Of a stretch of DNA of 64,000 nucleotides, positions 38,361-48,036 are shown piece after piece. The notes beneath the pieces were generated by a model. The model made no database searches. It had not been told where the DNA came from and saw only the letters and a list, made by a program, of their open reading frames with translations. Positions within the stretch are counted from its first letter, which is position 1; each line of letters begins with the position of its first letter. A program made the position numbers and the translations under genes. The DNA comes from Nevskia sp. GTDB lineage: Bacteria; Pseudomonadota; Gammaproteobacteria; Nevskiales; Nevskiaceae. The DNA is taken from the NCBI RefSeq assembly GCF_021732705.1, contig NZ_JAKFUM010000006.1, positions 36,198-100,197 on the forward strand. Direction: 5' to 3'.

Positions 38361-39071
38361 GTGACCTCGCTCGCTATCGGTTCCGAGCGCCTTGCGCCTC
38401 GGTCCACGACGGCGACCAAGGCTGCCAGCAGTACCCGCCTCAAGCTCACCGAGATCTTTCTGTCGCTGCAGGGCGAATCGACGTTCGTCGGCTGCCCGAC
38501 CGTGTTCGTGCGTCTCACCGGTTGCCCGCTGCGCTGCGGCTACTGCGACACTGAATACGCGTTCCATGGCGGCCGATGGCACGAGCAGGCGGAGGTGCTC
38601 GCCACCGTCGCCAGCCTTGGCGCACGGCACGTCTGCGTGACCGGCGGCGAGCCGCTGGCCCAGAAAGCGTGCCTGCCGCTGCTGACGGCGCTGTGCGACG
38701 CGGGCTACACCGTCTCGCTCGAAACCAGTGGCGCGCTCGATGTGTCCGGTGTCGATCCGCGCGTGGTCAAGATCCTCGACATCAAGACGCCCGGCTCGAA
38801 CGAAGTGGCGCGCAATCGCTGGGACAACCTGCCGCTGCTCCTGCCGCAGGACCAGATCAAGTTCGTGTTGTGCAGCCGCGACGACTACGACTGGGCCAAG
38901 CGCATCGTTGCCGAACATGCGCTGACCGACCGCCACACCGTGCTGTTCTCGCCCAGCGCGAACCAGCTGCCGGCGCGCGACCTGGCGGACTGGATCGTCG
39001 CCGATCGCCTGCACGTGCGCTTCCAGATGCAGCTGCACAAGCTGCTGTGGGGCGCGGAGCCCGGGCGCTAG
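38361..39071 (+). CDS. queE: 7-carboxy-7-deazaguanine synthase (radical SAM)
   Basis: EIFLSLQGES, FVRLTGCPLRCGYCDT (CxxxCxxC), TGGEPL, ETSG, QLHK. Confidence 0.95.
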   Translation: MTSLAIGSERLAPRSTTATKAASSTRLKLTEIFLSLQGESTFVGCPTVFVRLTGCPLRCGYCDTEYAFHGGRWHEQAEVLATVASLGARHVCVTGGEPLAQKACLPLLTALCDAGYTVSLETSGALDVSGVDPRVVKILDIKTPGSNEVARNRWDNLPLLLPQDQIKFVLCSRDDYDWAKRIVAEHALTDRHTVLFSPSANQLPARDLADWIVADRLHVRFQMQLHKLLWGAEPGR

Positions 39072-39181
39072 CGATCGACTCGCGAAGCATCGCGCCCGCT
39101 GTCTAGCGCCCTGTCGGTGGCTGACGCTGGCGCGAGAGGCCGTGTCATGGCCGGCGGGTGAAACTTCAACTGGAGTGACTG

Positions 39182-39874
39182 ATGGACCCTCAGAAAAGCG
39201 CCGTCGTCCTGCTGTCCGGCGGGCTGGATTCCGCGACCGTGCTGGCCATCGCCCGCGCCGGCGGCTATCGCTGCCACTGCCTGAGCGTGGCCTACGGTCA
39301 GCGCCACAGTGCCGAACTGGCGGCATCGGAAAAGGTCGCGAAGCGTCTCGGCGCGGCCTCGCATCGCCTGATTCACGTGAATCTCGACTTGATCGGCGGC
39401 TCGGCCCTGACCGATCCTTCCATCGCCGTGCCGGAAGCCGCGACACCGGGCATTCCGGTGACTTATGTGCCGGCGCGCAACACGCTGTTCCTGTCGCTGG
39501 CGCTCGGCTTGGCGGAAGTGCAGGGTGCGGAAGCGCTGTTCATCGGCGTCAACGCGGTCGACTACAGCGGCTATCCGGACTGCCGGCCCGAGTTCATTGC
39601 CGCGTTCGAGAAGGTTGCCCAGCTCGCCACGCGCGCCGGCGTCGAGGGAGGTGCGCTGAAGATCCAGACGCCGCTGATCGCGATGAGCAAGGCGCAGATC
39701 ATCACGCTCGGCACGCAGCTCGGTGTCGACTTCGCCGAGACCGTGTCCTGCTATCAGGCCGATGCCGAGGGCCGCGCCTGCGGTCGCTGCGATTCCTGCC
39801 GGCTGCGGCGTGACGGATTCATCGCCGCCGGCATCGCCGATCCAACCCGCTATCAGGCCGTTTCAGCAGGCTGA
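39182..39874 (+). CDS. queC: 7-cyano-7-deazaguanine synthase
   Basis: [36 protein letters not shown]. Confidence 0.96.
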   Translation: MDPQKSAVVLLSGGLDSATVLAIARAGGYRCHCLSVAYGQRHSAELAASEKVAKRLGAASHRLIHVNLDLIGGSALTDPSIAVPEAATPGIPVTYVPARNTLFLSLALGLAEVQGAEALFIGVNAVDYSGYPDCRPEFIAAFEKVAQLATRAGVEGGALKIQTPLIAMSKAQIITLGTQLGVDFAETVSCYQADAEGRACGRCDSCRLRRDGFIAAGIADPTRYQAVSAG

Positions 39875-39901
39875 GCATGCGGAATTCGGCACGCTTGCCG
39901 C

Positions 39902-39914
39902 TATAATCCGCGCC
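39902..39914 (+). promoter_or_regulatory. Stable-RNA-type -10 element with GC-rich discriminator for tRNA-Lys
   Basis: TATAAT at 39902-39907 followed by CCGCGCC, about 20 nt before the tRNA. Confidence 0.55.
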
Positions 39915-39927
39915 TCGCGAAGATCAA

Positions 39928-40003
39928 GGGTCGTTAGCTCAGTCGGTAGAGCATCGGACTTTTAATCCGTTGGTCCTGGGTTCGAGTCCCAGACGACCCA
40001 CCA
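39928..40003 (+). tRNA. tRNA-Lys (anticodon TTT)
   Basis: 76-nt cloverleaf GGGTCGT...ACGACCCACCA, anticodon loop CTTTTAA, GTTCGA T-loop, encoded CCA. Confidence 0.97.
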
Positions 40004-40033
40004 CTTGATCGCTTCCATCGACGCCACCGCCCG

Positions 40034-40762
40034 TCAGATCGTCGGAAATTTCAGCTTCGCCGCCGCCAGCAACTCCGGCGCCCGTGCGGCGATCGCTCCC
40101 CAGAACAGCAGCAGGATGAAGCGCTCGGCCTCGCGCTTGATGTCGGCCTGGCGCGACGGCTGTTCCAGGTAGTCCATCGAGAAGAACACCATCTGGCGCA
40201 CGATCACGCGCGCCACGGCCAGCAGTTCCTCGTGCGACACCGCCGGCAGCATCAGCACGCCGAGCAGGTCTTCGGTCATGTCGACGGCAATGCCGTCGAG
40301 CAGGCCCTGCATCGCCTTTCGCATCACCGGGCTGGTGCCGTGCAGCTCGCGGATGCCGACGGTGTAGGCCTCGCGGTGATCCATGACGAAATCGAGCACG
40401 AGTCCGACCGACTCGCGCGCCAGCGCCTGCGCCTGCGCGAGGCCTTCCGCCGGGTTCGAGAAGTCCGACAGCTTGAAGCCCTCCTGGGCGGGTCGCATCC
40501 GCGCTTCGCGCAGGCCGGCGCGCAGTTCGGTGCCGAGCTCATCCAGCATCGCCACGCCCAGATCGTCGAAGTCCTTGAAATGGCGATAGAAAGTGTTCGG
40601 GTTCAAGCCTGCGTGGCGGGCGACTTCGCGCAGACCGAGGCTCGCCAGGCTCCGCGTGGTGGCGGCCAGTTCCAGCGCCGCTTCCATCAGCTTCTGACGA
40701 CCGCTCGGGACGCGTTCCGGCGTCCTGTCCTGGCCCCGACCGCCATCTGAATTTTTCGCCAT
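40034..40762 (-). CDS. TetR-family regulator, FabR/DesT-like
   Basis: SLGLREVARHAGLNPNTFYRHFKDFDDLG resembles the FabR HTH; divergent from a lipid-type operon. Confidence 0.88.
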   Translation of the reverse strand: MAKNSDGGRGQDRTPERVPSGRQKLMEAALELAATTRSLASLGLREVARHAGLNPNTFYRHFKDFDDLGVAMLDELGTELRAGLREARMRPAQEGFKLSDFSNPAEGLAQAQALARESVGLVLDFVMDHREAYTVGIRELHGTSPVMRKAMQGLLDGIAVDMTEDLLGVLMLPAVSHEELLAVARVIVRQMVFFSMDYLEQPSRQADIKREAERFILLLFWGAIAARAPELLAAAKLKFPTI

Positions 40763-40818
40763 GTCAGGGATTTACGTTCTTGCCATCAAATAATGTCACA
40801 GAGACTGTTGACGTCATT

Positions 40819-40857
40819 GTCTACAGTCGTCTACTGTCCACGTAGACGATTGTATAC
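40819..40857. promoter_or_regulatory. Putative TetR operator (imperfect 16-bp inverted repeat)
   Basis: GTCTACAGTCGTCTAC-N7-GTAGACGATTGTATAC (14/16 match) in the divergent intergenic region. Confidence 0.6.
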
Positions 40858-40901
40858 CTGATGCCGGCAAGGCTTCGGGGATTCCAGTGAGGAGAACGAA
40901 G

Positions 40902-41798
40902 ATGAGCGTCATCGATACCCAGAAGCCCACCCGCAACGCCAAGTCGAAGACCGTGATGCCGGTTCGCCGCGACGCGCAGTTTCCGCTGCCCGCCGAGCGC
41001 GCGCATGACTGGGTCGGCGATGGCGGCGTGCAGTTCACGCAACTGATGAACACCATGTCGCTGGTGATTCCGGTCGGCGAGCGCTTCTTCATCGACGCCG
41101 TCCGTCACTACCGCGACCAGATCACCGATCCGGACCTCAAGAAGGCCGCGACCGCGTTCATCGGCCAGGAAGCGATGCACGGCCGCGAGCACGACGAGTA
41201 CAACGACCGCGTGATCCAGCGACTGCCGTCGGCTGCGGTGTTCGAGAAGCGCGTCAAGGCGCTGCTCGACTGGTTCCAGAATTCGACGCCGCCGGCCATG
41301 CGCCTGTCCGGCACCATCGCGCTGGAGCACATCACCGCGATCATGGCCGATGCGCTGCTGAAGGAACCGCGGATCAGCGAGAACGCCGAAAAGGGCTACG
41401 CGGCGCTGTGGCGCTGGCATGCGCTCGAGGAAACCGAGCACAAGGGCGTGGCCTACGACGTCTGGGAAGCCGCGATGGGCAAGGGCGCGCAGGCCTACAT
41501 CATCCGTGCGTTTGGCCTGGTGCTCGCCACCAGCGTGTTCTGGGCGATGGTGACGCCGCACTTCCTGAATTTCGTCCGTCAGGAAGGCAAGCTGACTGAT
41601 CTCAAGGGCTGGAAGTCGTTCTACCGCATGGCGTTCGGCGAAGTCGGCTTCCTGCGCAAGATGGTGCGTCCGTGGTTCGACTATTTCCGCCCGGGCTTCC
41701 ACCCATGGGATGACGACAACAGCCACTACCTGGCCGAAGTCGAGTCCTTCACCGAAGCCTTCCGCACGCCGCGCGCGGCATACCTGAAGGCCGCGTAA
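40902..41798 (+). CDS. Predicted metal-dependent hydrolase family (ExxH motifs, probably ferritin-like fold)
   Basis: IPVGERFF, GQEAMHGREH, LEHITA, WHALEETEHK. Confidence 0.85.
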   Translation: MSVIDTQKPTRNAKSKTVMPVRRDAQFPLPAERAHDWVGDGGVQFTQLMNTMSLVIPVGERFFIDAVRHYRDQITDPDLKKAATAFIGQEAMHGREHDEYNDRVIQRLPSAAVFEKRVKALLDWFQNSTPPAMRLSGTIALEHITAIMADALLKEPRISENAEKGYAALWRWHALEETEHKGVAYDVWEAAMGKGAQAYIIRAFGLVLATSVFWAMVTPHFLNFVRQEGKLTDLKGWKSFYRMAFGEVGFLRKMVRPWFDYFRPGFHPWDDDNSHYLAEVESFTEAFRTPRAAYLKAA

Positions 41799-41914
41799 GC
41801 CGCCGCTGCCGGGCATCGCGATGCACGGCGGCGGTACTCCTCTCCAAGCTCCCAGCCGGGCTGCCTGACAGCCCGCCGGGAATGCTGCGCCCGCAGTTCA
41901 CTCCGGAATTCCTC

Positions 41915-42742
41915 ATGGCCAGAAAGAAGATCACTCGTGATGCCACCGCCGTCGTCACGGGTGCCGGCAGCGGCATCGGTCGCGCGTTCGCGCTGGAACT
42001 GGCGCGCCGTGGCAGCCGCGTGGTCTGCGCCGACATCAACCTCGCGGCCGCGAAGGAAACCGTGAAGCTGATCGAGGAACTCGGCTCGACCGGCACCGCG
42101 CTGCGCTGCGATGTCTCGAAGGTCGAGGACGTCGAAGCGCTGGCCGCCAAGGCCGAAGCCTGGTTCAAGGGGCCGGCGACTGTGGTCATCAACAACGCCG
42201 GGGTTGGCGCCGGTGGCAAGCCGGTCGGTGCCACATCGATGGACGACTGGAACTGGGTGCTCGGCGTGAACCTGTGGGGCGTGATCCACGGCTGCCATGT
42301 GTTTGCGCCCCGGCTGCGCGCGGCCGGACGCGGCGGAATCATCAACGTCGGCTCCACCGCGAGCTTCGCCGCCGCGCCGATGATGGGCCCGTACAACGTG
42401 TCGAAGGCTGCCGTGCTCGCACTCAGCGAAACGATGGCCGCCGAACTGCAGGGCAGCGGCATCCACATCACCGCACTGTGCCCGACCTTCGTGAAAACGA
42501 ACATCGTCAAGGATGGCCGCATCGACGCCGGCACCTCCGGCTTCGCTGAGAAGGTCATGCGCTGGACCGGCATCGAAGCCGATGGCGTGGCGAAGCAGAC
42601 GCTCGATGCGCTCGACCGCAACCAGCTCTACGTGCTGCCGCAGCTGGAAGCGCGCGCCATCTGGCGCATGAAGCGCCTGGCGCCGGGCCTCTATGCCCGC
42701 GGTGCCGGTGTGCTCAATCGCTTCATGACGGCGAAGGCCTGA
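41915..42742 (+). CDS. Short-chain dehydrogenase/reductase
   Basis: TGAGSGIG, NNAGVG, YNVSK. Confidence 0.92.
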   Translation: MARKKITRDATAVVTGAGSGIGRAFALELARRGSRVVCADINLAAAKETVKLIEELGSTGTALRCDVSKVEDVEALAAKAEAWFKGPATVVINNAGVGAGGKPVGATSMDDWNWVLGVNLWGVIHGCHVFAPRLRAAGRGGIINVGSTASFAAAPMMGPYNVSKAAVLALSETMAAELQGSGIHITALCPTFVKTNIVKDGRIDAGTSGFAEKVMRWTGIEADGVAKQTLDALDRNQLYVLPQLEARAIWRMKRLAPGLYARGAGVLNRFMTAKA

Positions 42743-42785
42743 TCCCCGAATTCATCTCGATCACCAGAACTGGAGGAGATTTCCG

Positions 42786-43724
42786 ATGCAACTCGATACC
42801 GCGAAGATGCTGGCCAAGATCAAGAACACCCAGTGGGCGCTGGCCGACATCGACTGGGATGCGCCGGGTGCCGAACTGGTGACCGGCGATCCGGAGCTGT
42901 ACGCCAAGCTCAAGGTGTTCATGGCCGACCTGATGTGGATCGAACACGTCGGCGCGCGCGCCTTCGCGGCGATGGCCAAGAAGGCGCCGGATGACACGCT
43001 GGCCGAGATCTATCGCTACTTCCACGCCGAAGAGCAGCGCCACGCCAATGTCGAAATGGCGTTGATGAAGCGCTGGGGCATGCTCGAAGGCGATGCCGAC
43101 AACCCGATTCTGCCGGAGCCGAACATCAACCTGCGGCTGGTCATCGACTGGCTCGACACCTACAGCGACGAGATGCCGCTGGAAGTGCTCGGCTCGGTGA
43201 TCCCGAGTCTGGAAATCGCGCTTGACGGCGCGCTGTGCAAGTTCCTGCTGGATACGGTGAAGGATCCGGTCTGCCACGCCGCGTTCGAGAAGATCAACGA
43301 GGACGAGGCGCGCCATCTTGGCATCGGTTTCCACGTGCTCGAAGTGATGGGCCACGGCAAGCTGCATCAGCTGCTGGTCAAGGCCGCTGGCAACCTGCTG
43401 AACCCGAAGCTGATCATCGGCATCGCCGCCTACCTGCCGCTGCTGAACCGCATGCGCGACAACCTGGTGAAACTGGGCCTGAAGGAAGAGCGCCTGTACG
43501 AAGCGATGAACAAGTACAAGCGCATCGGCGGCCGCACCGAGCAGGGCCGGCGCAACCCGTGGTTCCAGATCATCAGCCACCAGTCGGCGATGGTCGTCGA
43601 CCGCAAGTCGCTGTACCACGTGCCGGTCGATGCGCTGGTGCGCCTGACCGACTACTACCCGCGCCGTCTGCTGAAGGCGACGCCGACCTGGGTCAAGGGC
43701 CTGACCTGGAAGACGGCGGCCTGA
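42786..43724 (+). CDS. Ferritin-like diiron protein
   Basis: WIEHVGARAF, EEQRHA, LEIALD, DEARH: a four-helix diiron ligand pattern. Confidence 0.8.
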   Translation: MQLDTAKMLAKIKNTQWALADIDWDAPGAELVTGDPELYAKLKVFMADLMWIEHVGARAFAAMAKKAPDDTLAEIYRYFHAEEQRHANVEMALMKRWGMLEGDADNPILPEPNINLRLVIDWLDTYSDEMPLEVLGSVIPSLEIALDGALCKFLLDTVKDPVCHAAFEKINEDEARHLGIGFHVLEVMGHGKLHQLLVKAAGNLLNPKLIIGIAAYLPLLNRMRDNLVKLGLKEERLYEAMNKYKRIGGRTEQGRRNPWFQIISHQSAMVVDRKSLYHVPVDALVRLTDYYPRRLLKATPTWVKGLTWKTAA

Positions 43725-43751
43725 TCCGGCTTTACGCGAGCCCGACGAACG

Positions 43752-43893
43752 TCAACCGTTAAACGCAAAGGCGCAAAGGAAACAGAAAGGACGCAAAGAA
43801 AGGCAATCGAAAGAGTGCGGTTTCCAGTTGTCATCGCTGTTCCTTTGCGTCCCTTCTTTTGTCGTTCTTTGCGCCTCTGCGTTGAACTTTTGA
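43752..43893. repeat. Palindromic interspersed element, copy 1 (CGCAAAG x3 arm, spacer, CTTTGCG-type x3 arm)
   Basis: About 50-bp imperfect inverted arms; AACCGTTAA left end and TTTTGA right end shared with the copy at 46128-46260. Confidence 0.85.
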
Positions 43894-43939
43894 TTCGGCT
43901 TTTCCCGCTCCAAGTCAGACCCTGCACGAGCAAGAACAC

Positions 43940-45460
43940 ATGACCCAGTACCTCGACAAAGCCCCCGACGCCGGCCGCCGTTCCCGCAAGGCGGCCGATC
44001 CCTCCGCCGTGAAAGTGGTTGAGGTGCTGATCGTCGGCGCCGGCTTTGCCGGGCTCGGCAGCGCCATCCAGCTGCGCAAGGCCGGCATCACCGACATCGC
44101 GATCGTCGAGCGCGGCACCGAGGTCGGTGGTACCTGGCGCGACAACCAGTATCCGGGTGCGGCCTGCGACATTCCGTCGAACCTCTATTCGTTCTCGTTC
44201 GCCCAGAACCCGGGCTGGACGCGCGGCTACTCGGGCAGCCGGGAAATCCTTGCGTACATCAAGGGGCTGGCGCGCGATCATGACCTGCTGCCGCTGATCC
44301 GCTTCCAGCACAACGTCGAGGCGCTGCATTTCGATGGCGGTGAAGGCGTGTGGACCGTGACCCTGACCGGCCGCGAGCCGATCAAGGCGCGCTCGGTGGT
44401 GATGGCGCAGGGTCCGCTGTCGAACGCCGGCTTCCCGAACATGCGCGGCATCGAGACCTTCCAGGGCAAGAAGATCCACAGCGCGCGCTGGGATCATTCG
44501 TACGACTTCGCCGGCAAGCGCGTGGCCGTGATCGGTACCGGCGCATCCGCTGTCCAGATCATCCCGGAACTGGTCAAGGTCGCCGACAAGGTCAAGGTTT
44601 TCCAGCGCACACCGGGCTGGGTGCTGCCGCGCTTCGACTTCCAGTCGCCGGAGTGGACGAAGGCGCTGTTCGCCAAGCTGCCGGTGTCGCAGACCGCGGT
44701 GCGTGAGGCGATGTACTGGATTCACGAATCGATGGCGCTCGGGATGATCTGGAACACGCCGATGACCAAGGCGCTGGAAATCCTCGGCAATCGCTTCCGC
44801 GAAGCGCAGGTCAAGGACGCCTGGCTGCGTCGCCAGCTGACGCCGGACTTCAAGATCGGCTGCAAGCGCGTGCTGATGACCAACGATTACTACCCGGCGC
44901 TGCAGAAGCCGAACTGCGAGCTGATCTCCTGGCCGATCGCCAACATCTCGGAGAAGGGCATTCGCAGTGTCGAAGGGCTGGAACATCAGGTCGACTGCAT
45001 CGTCTTCGCGACCGGCTTCGAGGTGTCGAAGAACGGCACGCCGTTCCCGGTGCACGGCCTCGGCGGTCGCGATCTGAACGCCGAGTGGTCGGGCGGGGCG
45101 CAGGCCTACAAGAGCGTGCAGGTGTCCGGCTATCCGAACCTGTACTTCACGTTCGGTCCGAATTCAGGCCCCGGCCACAATTCCGCGCTGGTCTACATGG
45201 AATCGCAGATCGATTACATCGTCCGCTCGATCGGCAGGCTGGCGGCGGGCAAGCTCAAGTACATCGACGTGCGTGCCGACGCACAGAAGACCTACAACGT
45301 CGACATTCAGAAGCGGCTCGCGAAGACCAACTGGAACTCCGGCTGCAAGAGCTGGTACCTGTCGGCCGACGGCTTCAACTCGACGATGTTCCCGGGCTTC
45401 GCGACCCAGTTCGCGAAGCAGATGGCGACGTTCCGCGAGCGCGATTACCGGCTGGTCTGA
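43940..45460 (+). CDS. Baeyer-Villiger-type flavin monooxygenase
   Basis: GAGFAG, GGTWRDNQYPGAACD, BVMO fingerprint FQGKKIHSARWD, GTGASA, FATGF. Confidence 0.92.
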   Translation: MTQYLDKAPDAGRRSRKAADPSAVKVVEVLIVGAGFAGLGSAIQLRKAGITDIAIVERGTEVGGTWRDNQYPGAACDIPSNLYSFSFAQNPGWTRGYSGSREILAYIKGLARDHDLLPLIRFQHNVEALHFDGGEGVWTVTLTGREPIKARSVVMAQGPLSNAGFPNMRGIETFQGKKIHSARWDHSYDFAGKRVAVIGTGASAVQIIPELVKVADKVKVFQRTPGWVLPRFDFQSPEWTKALFAKLPVSQTAVREAMYWIHESMALGMIWNTPMTKALEILGNRFREAQVKDAWLRRQLTPDFKIGCKRVLMTNDYYPALQKPNCELISWPIANISEKGIRSVEGLEHQVDCIVFATGFEVSKNGTPFPVHGLGGRDLNAEWSGGAQAYKSVQVSGYPNLYFTFGPNSGPGHNSALVYMESQIDYIVRSIGRLAAGKLKYIDVRADAQKTYNVDIQKRLAKTNWNSGCKSWYLSADGFNSTMFPGFATQFAKQMATFRERDYRLV

Positions 45461-45531
45461 GGTTCACGGAAAAGGGACAGCCGCCTGCGCTAAGCTTTCG
45501 CGGCCGCTCCCACGCTCCACGAGTCAACGAC

Positions 45532-46092
45532 ATGAGTCTTTCGCTGCGCGACCAGCTGCTGCAGGCGGGTCTGATCACCAAGAAGCAGGCCGAGAAGGCA
45601 CAGGCCGCCACCGGCAAGGACAAGCCGCGCGGTCAGCACAATCACGGCAAGCCGGTCGTGGCACAAGCGCCGAATGCCGAAGCGCTGAAGGCCGCGGAAG
45701 CCGCGCGTCTGGCCAAGGCCGCGAAAGATCGCGAACTGATGGAAAAGGCCAAGGAAAAACAGGCCCTGAAGGCGAAGTACGCCGAGATCAAGCAGCTGGT
45801 CGAAGCCAACAAGCTGCCGCCGGTCGCGAGCGAGATGCTCTACAACTTCACCGACCGCAAGAACAATATCCGCCGCATTCCGGTGACGCCGGAACTGCGC
45901 GCCCAGATCATCGACGGCCGCCTCGCGATTGCCCGCTGCGAAGGCCGCTATTTCCTGGTGCCGGCCGCGGTCGGCGACAAGATTCGCGAGCGCGATCCGA
46001 ACGCCGTGGCGGTGATCAACCGCGAGTCCGACAAGGTCGATGAAAACGATCCGTACAAGGACTACAAGGTGCCGGACGATCTGATCTGGTGA
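45532..46092 (+). CDS. DUF2058-family (YaiL-like) protein
   Basis: MSLSLRDQLLQAGL start and DENDPYKDYKVPDDLIW end. Confidence 0.88.
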   Translation: MSLSLRDQLLQAGLITKKQAEKAQAATGKDKPRGQHNHGKPVVAQAPNAEALKAAEAARLAKAAKDRELMEKAKEKQALKAKYAEIKQLVEANKLPPVASEMLYNFTDRKNNIRRIPVTPELRAQIIDGRLAIARCEGRYFLVPAAVGDKIRERDPNAVAVINRESDKVDENDPYKDYKVPDDLIW

Positions 46093-46127
46093 CCATGCCC
46101 CCTCATTCCAGGGGGTCAAGGACAAGG

Positions 46128-46260
46128 CAACCGTTAACCGCAAAGACGCAAAGGAAAAAATCAAGGACGCAAAGATAATCGTGGTGGACGCGACCGCTCA
46201 CAATTTTCCCTTTGCGTCCTCCTTTTTGCCTTTCTTTGCGCCTTTGCGCTTAAATTTTGA
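46128..46260. repeat. Palindromic interspersed element, copy 2
   Basis: Same arm architecture and termini as 43752-43893, with an unrelated central spacer. Confidence 0.85.
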
Positions 46261-46287
46261 GGTGCCTGCTTCAACGCGACGCCGGCT

Positions 46288-47967
46288 TCAGAACAGCCCG
46301 CTGATGTTGCCGTCGGCGTCGACGTCGATCACTTCCGCAGCCGGCCGTGCCGGCAGGCCCGGCATGGTCATGATCTCGCCGCAGACGGCGACGATGAAGC
46401 CGGCACCGGCCGACAGCCGCACCTCGCGCACCGGCAGCATATGGCCGGTCGGTGCGCCCTTCAGGTTCGGGTCGGTCGAGAACGAGTACTGGGTCTTGGC
46501 GATGCAGACCGGGAAGTGGCCGTAACCGGCATCCGCCCATTCCTTCAGCTGCTTCCTGACCTTGCCTTCGGCGCTGACACCGGACGCGCCATAGACCCGC
46601 TTCGCGATCGCTTCGATCTTGCCGAGCAGCGGCAGCTCGTCGGCGTACACCGGTGTCGCGCCCGGCGCGGCGTTCGCTTCGCAAAGCTCGACGACGATCC
46701 GCGCCAGCGCCTCGGCACCGGCGGCACCCTCGGCCCAGTGGCGCGCTTCGACGCAGGCCACGCCCATCGCGGCACAGGCTTCGCGGATCACGGCGAGTTC
46801 GGCCGCCGTGTCGGCCGTGAAATGGTTGATCGACACGACGCACGGCAGGCCGTAGACCTCGCGGACATTGGCCACATGCTTCTGCAGGTTGGCGAGGCCG
46901 GCGCGAACCGCGTCGACGTTCTCGCGGCCCATGTCCGGCATCGCGACGCCGCCGTGGAACTTGATCGCCCGCACCGTGGCGACGATCACCGCGCAGGCCG
47001 GCTTCAGGCCCGCCTGCCGGCACTTGATGTCGATGAACTTCTCGGCGCCCAGATCGGCACCGAAGCCGGCCTCCGTCACCACATATTCTCCGAGCTTCAG
47101 CGCCGTCTGCGTGGCGATCACCGAATTGCAGCCGTGGGCGATATTGGCGAACGGACCCCCGTGGATGATTGCCGGATTGCCGGCGAGGGTCTGGACCAGG
47201 TTCGGCTTGATCGCGTCCTTGAGCAGTGCGGCCATCGCGCCGTCGCACTTCAGATCCTTCGCCGTGACCGGTGCGCCGTCGCGGGTCGATGCGACGACGA
47301 TGCGGCCGAGCCGCGCCTTGAGATCGGCCAGCGACGTCGCCAGACACAGAATCGCCATCACTTCCGAGGCGACCACGATGTTGAAACCGTCCTGCCGCGG
47401 GAAGCCGTTGCCGGGCCCGCCGAGCGACACCACGATGTCGCGCAGCGCGCGGTCGTTCATGTCGACGACGCGCTTCCAGGTGATGCGTCGCACATCGATG
47501 CCCAGCGCGTTGCCGTGATGGATGTGGTTGTCCAGCATCGCGGCCAGCAGGTTATTGGCGAGTGCGATGGCGTGGAAGTCGCCGGTGAAATGGAGGTTGA
47601 TGTCCTCCATCGGCAGCACCTGACTCTGGCCGCCGCCGGTGGCGCCGCCCTTCATGCCGAAGCACGGACCGAGCGAGGGCTCGCGCACGCAGGTGATCGC
47701 GCGCTTGCCGATCAGGTTCAGGGCATCGCCGAGGCCGACCGTCGTCGTGGTCTTGCCTTCACCCGGTGGGGTCGGCGTGATCGCCGTGACCAGCACCAGA
47801 TGGCCATCCGGGCGTGCGCGCAGGCCGGCAATGTAGTCGAGCGACAGCTTGGCCTTGTAATGACCGTAAGGCTCCATTTCGATCGCCGGAATTCCGAGAC
47901 GGGATTCGATCAGCGGAATGATCGGCTGCAGGGTGGCGGCCTTGGCAATCTCGATATCGCTTTTCAT
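46288..47967 (-). CDS. fhs: Formate--tetrahydrofolate ligase
   Basis: [57 protein letters not shown]. Confidence 0.96.
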   Translation of the reverse strand: MKSDIEIAKAATLQPIIPLIESRLGIPAIEMEPYGHYKAKLSLDYIAGLRARPDGHLVLVTAITPTPPGEGKTTTTVGLGDALNLIGKRAITCVREPSLGPCFGMKGGATGGGQSQVLPMEDINLHFTGDFHAIALANNLLAAMLDNHIHHGNALGIDVRRITWKRVVDMNDRALRDIVVSLGGPGNGFPRQDGFNIVVASEVMAILCLATSLADLKARLGRIVVASTRDGAPVTAKDLKCDGAMAALLKDAIKPNLVQTLAGNPAIIHGGPFANIAHGCNSVIATQTALKLGEYVVTEAGFGADLGAEKFIDIKCRQAGLKPACAVIVATVRAIKFHGGVAMPDMGRENVDAVRAGLANLQKHVANVREVYGLPCVVSINHFTADTAAELAVIREACAAMGVACVEARHWAEGAAGAEALARIVVELCEANAAPGATPVYADELPLLGKIEAIAKRVYGASGVSAEGKVRKQLKEWADAGYGHFPVCIAKTQYSFSTDPNLKGAPTGHMLPVREVRLSAGAGFIVAVCGEIMTMPGLPARPAAEVIDVDADGNISGLF

Positions 47968-48036
47968 GGGCTCTTCTGTCATGCGCGCCGGCAGCGCGTC
48001 GTGCCGAAATGATAGTCCAACGCCACCCGGTCGCGA

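Noticed and set aside
39072-39181. Possible preQ1 riboswitch before queC, or a special link between queEC and tRNA-Lys
   Set aside because: No preQ1 consensus is present, tRNA-Lys is not a queuosine substrate, and the tol-pal-queE-queC-tRNA-Lys order is common synteny.
43752-46260. CRISPR interpretation of the two palindromic elements or of the mdtB 48-bp repeats
   Set aside because: Only two copies each, no regular repeat-spacer array, and no cas genes.
46288-48036. fhs as an acetogenesis marker, or with a ZTP/THF riboswitch
   Set aside because: No other Wood-Ljungdahl genes are nearby, and the roughly 70-nt leader lacks riboswitch consensus; ordinary one-carbon metabolism explains it.
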